DNA from: Spirochaetia bacterium
GTDB taxonomy: Bacteria; Spirochaetota; Spirochaetia; CADAEX01
Assembly (NCBI GenBank): GCA_963662265.2
Contig: CAXXHA010000008.1
Span: forward strand, 90,004 to 154,003
Direction: 5' to 3'
DNA length: 64,000 nucleotides
Shown piece by piece: positions 51,010 through 60,988 of this stretch (position 1 is the stretch's first letter; every line of letters starts with the position of its first letter). The notes beneath the pieces are model-generated. The model was not told where the DNA came from and did not search any database. It worked only from the letters and a program-made list of their open reading frames with translations. Both the position numbers and the translations under genes were made by a program.

Positions 51010-52137
51010 ATGTTAAACCATTTGCCACTGCTGCAAACCACAATTATCCAGACTGCTGATAAAACAACAATGTATATAACTGGCGGTATTGTTGCTGTAT
51101 TCATTATTTTTCTCATAATCGGTGCAAATGCCAACAAGGGGAGCAGCAGTTCAGGCAGCAGCACATCATCAAAACCTGTTTCACCGAGGGCGGGCAGGAA
51201 AAAATTCCGAAAACATGCAAAGAAGCTGAATCTTAGCCCGCTTCAGGTAAAACTTCTCGAAGATATAGCAAAGAGATACAAGGTTCCCTCCCCCATCAAT
51301 TTTTTTACAAACCCTAAAGTATTCAATACAACCATGAAAAAAGCTATCACAGATTATGAAAACGGCTCCTATGCGCCCCAGGTCAGGGAAAGTTATAAAA
51401 CAGCTTTATTCAGCGTGAAGCAGAAACTTGACAGATATTCCGGCACAAAGAAATCTTTCAATACAACAAGGCAGCTTAAATCAGGACTGAATATAACACT
51501 GGTTTCAGATTCTAATATCAGGTATCAGACACATATCGTAGCAAATCTTAAAGATGCAGTCTGTGTAAGCATACCACTGCAGTCAGACGGAAGTTATATA
51601 AGATGGAAAAAATGGCAGCAGCTTGAAGCTTCTTTCTTTGAAAGAGGCGATAAGGGTTTTTCATTCAAGACCAAGGTCATGGGCTACAGCAAGATTAAAA
51701 ATGAAACCTGCATAATGCTTCAGCATTCCAATTCACTCATACAGTCACAGCAGAGAAAATATCCCAGAAAAGCACTGGGACAGCACTGCTACTTCTTCAA
51801 GATTAATATAATGACAATAGGAAGAGGCAAAAACAGGCAGAAAAAAGCAGTTATGGCTGACAACAAAGGCAGACTCGGAAATATTCTTGAAATTTCTGCA
51901 GGGGGATGCAGTATAAAATCATCAAACAGCCTTCAGAAAGGGGAACTGATAAAAATAAATCTTGATATGGGTCAGAAAAAAATGGGAATTCTGGGTAAAA
52001 TTGTGAATACCAGAAGAGAAGGACTCGGTGCCACAATAATGCATATACAGTTCACAACTATATCAAGAACCAACCTTAATTCAATAAATACATATGTGTA
52101 CGGTATAGATGAAAGAGGAAGCATACTTGATTATTAA
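51010..52137 (+). CDS. Membrane-anchored PilZ-domain protein (flagellar brake-like)
   Basis: N-terminal TM helix; QRKYPR and EISAGG PilZ motifs. Confidence 0.78.
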   Translation: MLNHLPLLQTTIIQTADKTTMYITGGIVAVFIIFLIIGANANKGSSSSGSSTSSKPVSPRAGRKKFRKHAKKLNLSPLQVKLLEDIAKRYKVPSPINFFTNPKVFNTTMKKAITDYENGSYAPQVRESYKTALFSVKQKLDRYSGTKKSFNTTRQLKSGLNITLVSDSNIRYQTHIVANLKDAVCVSIPLQSDGSYIRWKKWQQLEASFFERGDKGFSFKTKVMGYSKIKNETCIMLQHSNSLIQSQQRKYPRKALGQHCYFFKINIMTIGRGKNRQKKAVMADNKGRLGNILEISAGGCSIKSSNSLQKGELIKINLDMGQKKMGILGKIVNTRREGLGATIMHIQFTTISRTNLNSINTYVYGIDERGSILDY

Positions 52138-52234
52138 CAGATGATAGATAAATTTCATCTGTTGATAATCATATATCAACTTTCTTTTGATTTTTAATTT
52201 TTTCAAATAATGATGTTTATTTTTATCCCGATAT

Positions 52235-52543
52235 TTGAAAAATTATTTTTTATTGTGTATATTCTTATTCAGTATTATGGAAATTATATCTTTACAAAAT
52301 ATCGTAAAAAAAGAATCATTTCTCTTTTACAGAAATGAATACAATGCAGATGCTGTTTTTGTCTATGGAAGCAGCAAAACAGAAGAAACTGTGCCGGTCT
52401 ATTTCTCGGTGGAAAGAACAGCGGCTGGTATTCCTGTTATTACATCAAAATTTATACGGCATCTTAATTATCCGATGCTGGGAGCATCTGCACAGCTGAA
52501 AAAACTGATAACAGAACTGGAAAAAAAGGGGGAGCTGCCCTGA
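52235..52543 (+). CDS. Conserved hypothetical protein
   Basis: Short ORF with FYRNEY, FSVE, LNYP; lies immediately before tsaE. Start uncertain (MEII at 52277 is likely). Confidence 0.55.
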   Translation: MKNYFLLCIFLFSIMEIISLQNIVKKESFLFYRNEYNADAVFVYGSSKTEETVPVYFSVERTAAGIPVITSKFIRHLNYPMLGASAQLKKLITELEKKGELP

Positions 52544-52959
52544 AAAAGATAACTTCGTTTTCAACAGAAGATACAGAGAAAGCAGGGGTAAAACTCTCCA
52601 GGCAGCTGAAGCCGGGTTCAGTTATTTCAATGACAGGCCCAATAGGCAGCGGTAAATCTGTTATGACAAGGGGAATAGCCAGAGGTCTTGGAATTGAAGA
52701 CAATATAACAAGCCCCACTTTTACACTTATCTGTGAATATATGGGAAAACTGCCTCTGTATCACATGGATCTTTACAGAATTTCCGATTCAGATGAATTC
52801 GAGATGATAGGCGGTAGAGACCTGATATATTCAAACGGCATATCTGTTATAGAATGGGCTGAAAAAATAGAAGAATATCTGCCGGAGAAGATGATTCATG
52901 TCAATATCGACATAAACAGTGACGGAAGCAGAAATATTAGAATAACAGGAACAGAATAA
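52540..52959 (+). CDS. tsaE: tRNA threonylcarbamoyladenosine biosynthesis ATPase
   Basis: GPIGSGKS, ITSPTFTL, YHMDLYRI, VIEWAE. TsaE-like sequence extends upstream to a CTG at 52540. Confidence 0.92.
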   Translation: MKKITSFSTEDTEKAGVKLSRQLKPGSVISMTGPIGSGKSVMTRGIARGLGIEDNITSPTFTLICEYMGKLPLYHMDLYRISDSDEFEMIGGRDLIYSNGISVIEWAEKIEEYLPEKMIHVNIDINSDGSRNIRITGTE

Positions 52960-53627
52960 TGAGTATACTTGTTTTTGATACAGCAACAGAAAAACTTTCT
53001 GCAGCACTGAAGGCAGGGGGAGATATTTTTTCAATATCTGTAGAACAGGGTTTTAAACACTCGGAAAAACTGCTTCCTTCAATTGAAAAACTATTTGAAC
53101 TGTCAGGGACAACTGTGGATGAACTGGAGTTTGTAGGCTGTACAAGGGGTCCCGGATCATTTACAGGCCTGAGGATAGGGATGGCTACTGCCAAGGGACT
53201 TGCTTTCGGGAAAAAAATCCCTGTCATATCAGTACCCACTCTTGATTTTTTAAGCCGGGGGTATGAAGGATTTGACGGTGCCGTGCTGCCTGTCATAGAT
53301 GCAAGGAAAAACAGGTTTTATACTGCTGTATATTCAAAAGGCAAAAGAATTACTGACTATATTGATGCAACACCTCTTGAGATAGCTGAATCAGTCGGCA
53401 GTTACAGCAAAGTTCTCCTGACCGGCCCACATTGCGGAATGCTGATGGAAAAACTTGATGATAAAGGGAAATTTACTCTGGATCCTTTCTTCGGGATCAG
53501 TAAAATAAATTTTTTAATAGATATTTGTGAAAATCTGTATAATAATGGAGTAACTGATTCAGATTCGCAGGGTCCGGTTTATATACGGAAAAGCGATGCT
53601 GAAGAAGCCCTTTCCACGAGGAAATAA
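52959..53627 (+). CDS. tsaB: t6A biosynthesis protein TsaB
   Basis: DTAT, HSEKLLP, GPGSFTGLRIG, IDARK, PVYIRKS. Confidence 0.94.
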   Translation: MSILVFDTATEKLSAALKAGGDIFSISVEQGFKHSEKLLPSIEKLFELSGTTVDELEFVGCTRGPGSFTGLRIGMATAKGLAFGKKIPVISVPTLDFLSRGYEGFDGAVLPVIDARKNRFYTAVYSKGKRITDYIDATPLEIAESVGSYSKVLLTGPHCGMLMEKLDDKGKFTLDPFFGISKINFLIDICENLYNNGVTDSDSQGPVYIRKSDAEEALSTRK

Positions 53628-54796
53628 TGAAATATTCAGAAAATTCTGAACTTTTGGATAGTAAAATTATGCATGATAATGAAACAGTATCTATAGATGA
53701 AGATTTTTCAGAACTTGCGGAAATACCTGAAGAAATAGAAGAGCTCGGAGTTCTTGATGAGAGTGAAGAAGAATTAACTGATACAGCATCTTCGGCAGGG
53801 CTTTACTACGAGGCGCTTTTCTCATCTGAAAAAAACAAGTTCAACAAGGCATCAGTACCTGTATTATTCCTCACAAACAACCTTAAAATCCACTGGATAA
53901 ATGAGACAGGAATTTCTTTTATCAATTTAGAGACACCAGTTGAGAATAAATATATCCACAGTGTTTTTTCACCCTATCTTAATGAAGAAAGGATGAAAAA
54001 CATATATAAATCTATTTTAACCGATAAAACAGGTTTTACATGGAAAGGCAAGGTTGAACTTTCAGGACGCGACAGAATAACATCTACAGCAAATATGATA
54101 ATTTTCCCCTATTTCGACTGCAAAACAGATTCAGAAAAACCAGAAGCATATATCGCATATATAGATGATCTTACAGAAGAACATAACAGTCTTCTTCGGA
54201 ATACATTCAAGAGCCTTCTCGATGCATCAAAACTCAAGGATGATGATACAGGAAATCATGTAGAAAGGGTAAATCAGTACTCGCACAGAATTGCCAGAGC
54301 ACTTTACAACAGACCTGGATATGAGGAAGTTGACATGGATTTTGTTATGAATATCAGCTTTCTTGCAGCAATGCATGATGTAGGTAAAATAGGGACACCT
54401 GATGATATACTCAATAAACCCGGCCCGCTTACCGATATGGAATGGGACATAATGAGGGAACATACAATCAACGGGGCCTTCATCCTGAGTTCCTATCCCA
54501 ACAGGATGGCAGTTGAAATAGCAAGGTCCCACCATGAAAAATGGGACGGTTCCGGCTACCCTTATAACCTGTCAGGCACTGATATACCACTGTCCGCCCG
54601 GATTGTTGCTATTGCAGATGTCTATGACGCCCTCAGAATGAAAAGAGTATACAAAGAGGGTTTTTCACATGAAAAAACATATTCAATAATTCTTGAAGGG
54701 AGAGGCAAACATTTTGATCCCGACCTCATAGATATCACTAATGAGTTTGAGAATGAACTAGATGTTCTTTTCTCAAAACTCTCAGATACTGAATAA
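53627..54796 (+). CDS. HD-GYP c-di-GMP phosphodiesterase with N-terminal PAS-like region
   Basis: TGNHVERV, MHDVGKIG, HHEKWDGSGYP, IADVYDAL, HFDP. Confidence 0.88.
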   Translation: MKYSENSELLDSKIMHDNETVSIDEDFSELAEIPEEIEELGVLDESEEELTDTASSAGLYYEALFSSEKNKFNKASVPVLFLTNNLKIHWINETGISFINLETPVENKYIHSVFSPYLNEERMKNIYKSILTDKTGFTWKGKVELSGRDRITSTANMIIFPYFDCKTDSEKPEAYIAYIDDLTEEHNSLLRNTFKSLLDASKLKDDDTGNHVERVNQYSHRIARALYNRPGYEEVDMDFVMNISFLAAMHDVGKIGTPDDILNKPGPLTDMEWDIMREHTINGAFILSSYPNRMAVEIARSHHEKWDGSGYPYNLSGTDIPLSARIVAIADVYDALRMKRVYKEGFSHEKTYSIILEGRGKHFDPDLIDITNEFENELDVLFSKLSDTE

Positions 54797-54878
54797 AATA
54801 TTGTCTACTGATTTGATTTGAAATCCGACTGATAATTTCATTTCACAAAACCATATTTCCGGCTTTATAAATATATAA

Positions 54879-55106
54879 TCAGTTATTAAACATGTCATTG
54901 AGTGAAGGAATTGTATCTGCAGAAGAACGGGCTGCTGCCCTGTTTTCCTCCTGTATCGCGTCATAAACCTCTTTTCTGAACACTTTCACGTTTTTGGGAG
55001 CATTTATACCGATTTTAACCTGATCGCCTTTTATATCTACCACAGAGAGTTCAATATCATCGCCTATAATAATACTTTCATTTAGTTTCCTTGACAGTAT
55101 AAGCAT
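54879..55106 (-). CDS. csrA: Carbon storage regulator CsrA
   Basis: [16 protein letters not shown]...KIGINAP...FRKEVY. Confidence 0.96.
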   Translation of the reverse strand: MLILSRKLNESIIIGDDIELSVVDIKGDQVKIGINAPKNVKVFRKEVYDAIQEENRAAARSSADTIPSLNDMFNN

Positions 55107-55556
55107 CTAGCGGCCGCCTTTTGCTGCAAGTTCATCAAGGATATAATGACGGGTCTTCCATTCCGGATTTGTGGAGATAAACTGCTTGCCCAGTCTTTTT
55201 TCCCTGTTTATTATAACAGGCCCCTGAAGATTAGCACTCATCTTCTTCTGATCTTCCGGTATGGTTACAATTGCAAATATAAGCATGTTTTCAGATTCCG
55301 CAGAATCGGGGAATATTTCGCTGTAATCATTCCTGTCAACATCGGCAGTATAATCAGGTTTGATTATTTTCGGATCAATAAGAATAAATGCAAGATCCGG
55401 AACTTCAATCGACTGAAGCCAGTAGAAAGGCCACTGTTTGGCATTTAAAAGTGCATATTCAGTTATATGTTCAAATCCAAGTATTCCGGCCGGAAAATTT
55501 ATCCTCTGCCTTTCATTAATCTCGATTTCTCCGAAAGGTTTTGTTTCAAGCTTCAT
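55107..55556 (-). CDS. fliW: Flagellar assembly factor FliW
   Basis: FPAGILGFE, FYWLQS, ANLQGPVIIN; adjacent to csrA. Confidence 0.94.
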   Translation of the reverse strand: MKLETKPFGEIEINERQRINFPAGILGFEHITEYALLNAKQWPFYWLQSIEVPDLAFILIDPKIIKPDYTADVDRNDYSEIFPDSAESENMLIFAIVTIPEDQKKMSANLQGPVIINREKRLGKQFISTNPEWKTRHYILDELAAKGGR

Positions 55557-55560
55557 TAAA

Positions 55561-56808
55561 TTACCTCAAAAAGTCAAGTAGTGTCGGTTTCAGTATCCTT
55601 GCAGCTGTCTGAAGGGATGCAGTACGTGTATGCTCAAGCATCTTAAGTTCTGTAATAGCCTCTGCCATATCAATATCTGTTTCCCTCGAATCCATTGCAG
55701 TAATTTCAGGAATTTCATAGGCAATCCTGTTTTTCACAAGCTCAAGCCTTTCATCCGCAGCCCCGAGTTTCGCAGTTCTCGATACAAGGTTGTTAAGAGA
55801 CTGCTGTATTCCCTTCATGGCCCCGCTTCCGATATCAAGCGTATTTCCCGTATAAAGAGTATCCCTGAGTTTAATAACCATATCAAAGACTGATCCGCCC
55901 GATATTCTCGCTTCGGTGTTTATATTGTGCGGAGGCCGGGAGCTGAAAGAGCTTATAACACCCAGGTCTTTGAGAACTGTCCCTTCTTTCGCATCTTCAA
56001 GCCATATCTGGTGAGGTTCTGTTGTTGTAAGCATGAGGGAATTCTTAACCGGATCCACAGATGCTTTTACAGGGACTCCTGAATCATTTATCTTTGCAAT
56101 GACAGCGTGGATATTGTCGCCCTCTTTGAGTTTAATCTCAGTGCTGTCAATAAGTATGGATGAATCCTCCCTTACAATAAAATCGTCAGAATTTACCGAA
56201 GATATGATAATCTGGTCCTCAGCCCAGAAAATATTGTTGCCCGGGAAATTTGATTCAATATATGAACCTTCAGATATTTCCGCATTGTTTCTCTTTACAG
56301 TGCCTGTATATTCAACAGAGGTGATAATTTCCTTCCCTCCTCCGTCAACATATCCGGAAAAAGTCCTGAACGCATTGCTCAAAGACCTGTCGCCTGCAAA
56401 AACAGATGTTCCCTCGCCTGATCTTGCATTTGCTATATTTACAAGTTCATCAAGGAGCTGGTTAACCTCATCGCCCATGATGGCAGTGTCTTCTTTCCGG
56501 TAAACACCGTTTGCCCCCTGCACAGCAATTTCATTAACCCTGTTCATGATTCCTATGGCTTCCTGTAGATACCCTTCCGCAATTCTGCTCCTGCTCTGAA
56601 TAACTCCTATATTATCGCTGAACTGGTTGAGCCTTGTGATATGGGATTTATACCTGACAGAATGTGATGCCGCAATCGGATCATCACGGAGATCCTTTAT
56701 CCTTGTCTGGTCAGCTATCTTGTTCTGTATATCGTTAAGCTGTTTCTCCCTGGCCCTCAGGTAGAAATTCATATCATTGCTGGACATATCAGTACTGATT
56801 CTTTTCAT
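55561..56808 (-). CDS. flgL: Hook-associated protein 3
   Basis: RISTD, DDPIAA, LVNIAN, DIDMAEAI...TLLDFLR. Confidence 0.93.
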   Translation of the reverse strand: MKRISTDMSSNDMNFYLRAREKQLNDIQNKIADQTRIKDLRDDPIAASHSVRYKSHITRLNQFSDNIGVIQSRSRIAEGYLQEAIGIMNRVNEIAVQGANGVYRKEDTAIMGDEVNQLLDELVNIANARSGEGTSVFAGDRSLSNAFRTFSGYVDGGGKEIITSVEYTGTVKRNNAEISEGSYIESNFPGNNIFWAEDQIIISSVNSDDFIVREDSSILIDSTEIKLKEGDNIHAVIAKINDSGVPVKASVDPVKNSLMLTTTEPHQIWLEDAKEGTVLKDLGVISSFSSRPPHNINTEARISGGSVFDMVIKLRDTLYTGNTLDIGSGAMKGIQQSLNNLVSRTAKLGAADERLELVKNRIAYEIPEITAMDSRETDIDMAEAITELKMLEHTRTASLQTAARILKPTLLDFLR

Positions 56809-56818
56809 CTTTTAACCT

Positions 56819-58702
56819 CTACACACCCATTCTGTTGATTATTGTATCAAGCATTGTGTTCATCTCCGAGATAAACCTCGCAGCAGCAGCATATCCGTGC
56901 TGGTACTTGATCATCTGGGAAAGCTCCTCATCAATATTCACCCCTGATATTGACTGCTTCATATCTTCGAGATCCTTCATAATAAGTTCCTGTGTCTCGA
57001 GAGATCCTTCAGCCTCCTCACCCTTAAGTGCAATATCAGCAACTGTTTTCGAGAAATACTCATCAAAGCTGTTGAGCTTTCCCACCATCAGCGGCTTGTT
57101 ACGGAGCGATGCAATTGCAAGAGCTGCTGAGCCGTCTCCAGGATTTGCAGGCCGCCCGTTTTCTCCGAAACCTGCAGCTATAGACATAGGGTCGCTTTTA
57201 ATAGCCCTGTTTATCTCTATCCAGCCTGAGGGGTGGCTTAAAGGTGCTACTGCATATTCAGCATCCTTCTCTCCCGCTGCAAGAACTGAAACAGAGCCGG
57301 CCTCTTCCCAGTCAAATGCTCCTTCAGCGCCCGAGAGCTGAAGAATGCCTGAATATCCTGCAAGGAATTCTCCCGAATCCTCGATATGCCTTATGGCGAA
57401 ATCAGGATTATTTATATCGCTTGCAGTAACAGCCCTCAGTGTGAGTCTGTTTTCATCATCAAGAACAGCATTTACTTCTGCCTGTGAATTATTTATTCTG
57501 TCCATGACATCTGCAACTGTATCTGTCGGATAATAATCAATATCTATGTTCCCGTCAGGTCCGGGAAGAGTCATCTGCCCCCTGAGGCCTACAAGAGCTT
57601 CCGGTTCCAGCTGATTGGTCCCCGATACCCTGAATATATATGTGGAATCAAATTCCCCGTCGCCGTTTCTGTCATAATTACCCTCAACAGAAGTGACAAA
57701 CGGGTATTCACGAAAGAAATCAAGGCCGGTTGTGCCGTTTTTGCCCCATCCCTTCCTGTGAAGATTGTTCACATTATCAATAAAATTGACTGTCATGAGG
57801 TCAAGCTTCTGAATTTCCTCTCTCAGGTCGTTGTCCCTCAGTTCAATAAGGGATGCAAGGCTTCCCCCCTTGAAAAAGGCCTGCTGCCCTGATTTTTCCC
57901 AGACAACCCTGGAATACCCTTCATTTACAGGATCAATATCTGTTGAAAGATAGTTTACAGCCCTTCCCTGGATAAGATGAAGACCTGCCGTATGTACCTG
58001 GAACTCATCAGGGTCCCTGTTGTCGACAGTAATATCTATCTTTGAGGAAAGTTCGTTGACAAGCAGGTCCCGCCTGTCAAGAAGATCATTCGGATTGTCT
58101 CCCATAGCCTTGACTTTCACTATTTTCTCATTGAGTCCTGCTATATCTGAAAGAATTGAATTTATCTGATAGACAGTTGCTGATATATCGCTGTCTGCCA
58201 TGTCTCTTGTTTCCTTGAGCGACTTGTATCTCTGATGAATCCCCGAGATCAGCGCTTCACCTCTCTGGAGAACAGCCTGACGGGTTGCAGATTCATTCGG
58301 GTTCAGGGAAAGGTCCTGCCATGATTCCCAGAATTTATCCATCATTGATCTGACAGAATATTCACCAGGCTCATTATAAATCTGCTCTGTCATCAGAATA
58401 TACTTGTCCCTGTTTTCCCAGTACCCTTTCAGATTATTCTGGGCTACAATCCGCCCCTCAAGTAGTTCATCCTTGATCCTTTCAACACTTACAGCAGTCA
58501 CCCCCTGCCCTATCTGGCCCGGAGTATTTTCCCTGTTGAGATGGGGAGCGTAAAGAGGATCAAAAGGCTGCATTTTCACTCTCTGTCTGCTGTACCCTTC
58601 TGTTGATGCGTTTGTTATGTTATGTCCTACAGTTGTCAGTCCCTTGTTATGAGCAATAAGGCTTCTTTTTCCAATCTCAAGTCCTGTAAAAGTTGACTGC
58701 AT
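56819..58702 (-). CDS. flgK: Hook-associated protein 1
   Basis: GHNITNASTEGYSRQRV, NDLLDRRD, SGVNIDEE...YQHGY. Confidence 0.96.
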   Translation of the reverse strand: MQSTFTGLEIGKRSLIAHNKGLTTVGHNITNASTEGYSRQRVKMQPFDPLYAPHLNRENTPGQIGQGVTAVSVERIKDELLEGRIVAQNNLKGYWENRDKYILMTEQIYNEPGEYSVRSMMDKFWESWQDLSLNPNESATRQAVLQRGEALISGIHQRYKSLKETRDMADSDISATVYQINSILSDIAGLNEKIVKVKAMGDNPNDLLDRRDLLVNELSSKIDITVDNRDPDEFQVHTAGLHLIQGRAVNYLSTDIDPVNEGYSRVVWEKSGQQAFFKGGSLASLIELRDNDLREEIQKLDLMTVNFIDNVNNLHRKGWGKNGTTGLDFFREYPFVTSVEGNYDRNGDGEFDSTYIFRVSGTNQLEPEALVGLRGQMTLPGPDGNIDIDYYPTDTVADVMDRINNSQAEVNAVLDDENRLTLRAVTASDINNPDFAIRHIEDSGEFLAGYSGILQLSGAEGAFDWEEAGSVSVLAAGEKDAEYAVAPLSHPSGWIEINRAIKSDPMSIAAGFGENGRPANPGDGSAALAIASLRNKPLMVGKLNSFDEYFSKTVADIALKGEEAEGSLETQELIMKDLEDMKQSISGVNIDEELSQMIKYQHGYAAAARFISEMNTMLDTIINRMGV

Positions 58703-58715
58703 ACTTCTCTCCTCT

Positions 58716-59225
58716 CTAAAGTTCCCTGTCCAGCACCATGGGCTGGTGGATTACCTGGCTTCTGCATCCGGAAACATCATAAATTGTCCCTTTTCTGTGC
58801 GGGTAGACTTCATCAAGAACCTTATCAACAGTAGAAACAACTGTATTGACATATGTTTCTATCCGGGATGTGATGTTTTTAACCTTCATTACACCTACCT
58901 TAAGTTCCCTGTAAAGGGAAATCAGGATCTCCTTCCTGTCATGGCAGAACATCGAAGCAAAAAGATAGAAGCTCTTTACATCATCATCCCTGCAGTAAAG
59001 CCTCATGGCCTGATACACGGAATTCCGCTCCTCTTCTATTTCACTTATCCGGGAAGCAAGCTTATTCATTTCCCTGATCTTTTTTTCAAGCGATGGCCAG
59101 TCTTTCCTGATGAGAATTTCCTTGATTTTCTCTTCAACAGAGGAAAATCTGTTTACAAGAGCTATTTCCTTTCTCATCAGGTTCTCAAGATTTTCAGTGT
59201 AGGTTTCAAAAGTCAAAAATATCAC
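58716..59225 (-). CDS. flgN: Flagellar export chaperone FlgN
   Basis: Helical protein immediately upstream of flgK; KGTIY..G C-terminal motif. Confidence 0.65.
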   Translation of the reverse strand: MIFLTFETYTENLENLMRKEIALVNRFSSVEEKIKEILIRKDWPSLEKKIREMNKLASRISEIEEERNSVYQAMRLYCRDDDVKSFYLFASMFCHDRKEILISLYRELKVGVMKVKNITSRIETYVNTVVSTVDKVLDEVYPHRKGTIYDVSGCRSQVIHQPMVLDREL

Positions 59226-59388
59226 CTCTTAAAATCAGTCCAGTTAGCCAATTCCAGAACTCCTGAGTTTTGGAATTGCAAAGGCTTTCAGACAGGTAAA
59301 AACCTTACATTGCAGGATTTTTTACCTGTCGGCCCTACAGGACTTTTCTGAAAAACTGTTGTTTTACGGAAAAGTCCTATGTACTTGA

Positions 59389-59416
59389 TTATCGGTATTT
59401 AAAAAAAAGTAATGAG
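59389..59416 (-). promoter_or_regulatory. Possible sigma28 promoter of the flgN-flgK-flgL-fliW-csrA operon
   Basis: ACCGATAA -10 element; weak -35 (TCAT/CTCA). Confidence 0.45.
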
Positions 59417-59551
59417 GTATTTTATTTCCAGGCAGGGGGGCATGTGATGTATTGAACAGGAAGATTGATTTAAACCTCTTTGCTGAAAAAGCGACTGAGA
59501 GGGGCAATGAGAAAATACTTGAAAAATACCCCTGCAGCTGGGGAAATACAG

Positions 59552-60988
59552 CTATTTAAGATTATTCAGAGTTTTCAGATCGTTCAGAAGCTTCCTGTCA
59601 TCAGGAACTATTTCAAGCCCCTCCTCGACAGTAATACGGGCTTCTTCATAATCCTGGTTATTGAAATAATCTGCAAACCTGTTGTGATAAATTACACCTA
59701 TATTATAGATAACTGCCTTTTCAAGCTGAAGCAGTCTCTCATCATCAGATTTTTCAAGAGCCCTGTTTACAAGATCAAGGGAGGCGACCCAGCCTTCGGA
59801 ATTTGCGGTGCGCTCAATTTCAGAGGAATATATATAGACATAATACTCATAGTATATTTTATCAGGGATCTCCCTTTTCGCCCTCTTTTCTTCCAGAAGA
59901 GAAAGAGAATTACTGAAATTTCCATTCTGTATTTCAATATAGAGCTCTTTCTCATTTATTTCATAAAATACATCTTTTTTTATATTCCCTGGAAGAAGGG
60001 GGAAACTGACATACTTATCATATAGAGCTTTTGCAGACACTGTATCATCAGAAGACAGATTATCAATAACCATATTCTGGTACAGGGTAACAGCTGTATC
60101 TGAAATAATTTCAGAAAATCCGTACTCGGAATAGATGCATTCGAGAAAATAAAGAGCATCTGAATACTTCTTCCTGTTATTCAGGACAACACAGTAGTTT
60201 TTGAATTCATTAAGCATATCACGGTATGATTCTGTGCTGTTCAGAATAAAACACCTGTCAACAGCAGGGGCGACAGTATCCTTGAAATTACCCTTCTTCT
60301 GAAGCTGTGCAATTCTGTTCTGAAGAATCAGGGCTAAAAAATCTTTTTTCCCTATCTTTGTTCTTTTCATGTAATTTCCCGGAGGAGTATAGACAAATCC
60401 TGTCTTGCCGAAAGAATCTGCAAATTCCTTTTTCACCCCCGGATCAAAGCCGTACACTGTCGTGGTTTCAACATCTATCTCCCCGCCAGCTGTAATCACC
60501 CTGCAGAAAGCATGGTCTGATGTAAGAACCCCCTCAACTTCAAGACCTGTCGCTTCGGCAGCCGCATAATACAGAATTCCCGATGAGACGCAGTTGTAAA
60601 GCCCCTCATCAAACAGCCTGTCAAGATCTGTTATATATTCTTCATATTTATTGAAAACCCGGCTGTGAAGAAATTCGAGAAGAAGTTCCCCTTTTTCCCG
60701 CTCAGATCCTTCCAGCACACCCTTCTCAGCCGCATATGATTTAAACTGCCTGATAATGCTCATATACCTGTCCAGGTAAGAGGGGATTCTGTCTCTTTGA
60801 ACTCCTGAGAAATAAAGAGCAGCTTCAATGAATTCATGATTTTCAAGGCTTCTCTTTAATCCTATTTTCACAGCATATATTTCAGGTTCAATTCTAAGAT
60901 CCCACTCCTGAAATGAATAAAGGGGAGCTACAGATATAATGAGTAAAAACAGAAGCATTAATTTTTTTCTAAAATAAAATATTTCCAT
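59552..60988 (-). CDS. Exported transglutaminase-like/TPR protein
   Basis: Signal peptide; YNCVSS, DHAFC, DVETT (Cys-His-Asp order); C-terminal TPR-like helices. Confidence 0.6.
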   Translation of the reverse strand: MEIFYFRKKLMLLFLLIISVAPLYSFQEWDLRIEPEIYAVKIGLKRSLENHEFIEAALYFSGVQRDRIPSYLDRYMSIIRQFKSYAAEKGVLEGSEREKGELLLEFLHSRVFNKYEEYITDLDRLFDEGLYNCVSSGILYYAAAEATGLEVEGVLTSDHAFCRVITAGGEIDVETTTVYGFDPGVKKEFADSFGKTGFVYTPPGNYMKRTKIGKKDFLALILQNRIAQLQKKGNFKDTVAPAVDRCFILNSTESYRDMLNEFKNYCVVLNNRKKYSDALYFLECIYSEYGFSEIISDTAVTLYQNMVIDNLSSDDTVSAKALYDKYVSFPLLPGNIKKDVFYEINEKELYIEIQNGNFSNSLSLLEEKRAKREIPDKIYYEYYVYIYSSEIERTANSEGWVASLDLVNRALEKSDDERLLQLEKAVIYNIGVIYHNRFADYFNNQDYEEARITVEEGLEIVPDDRKLLNDLKTLNNLK

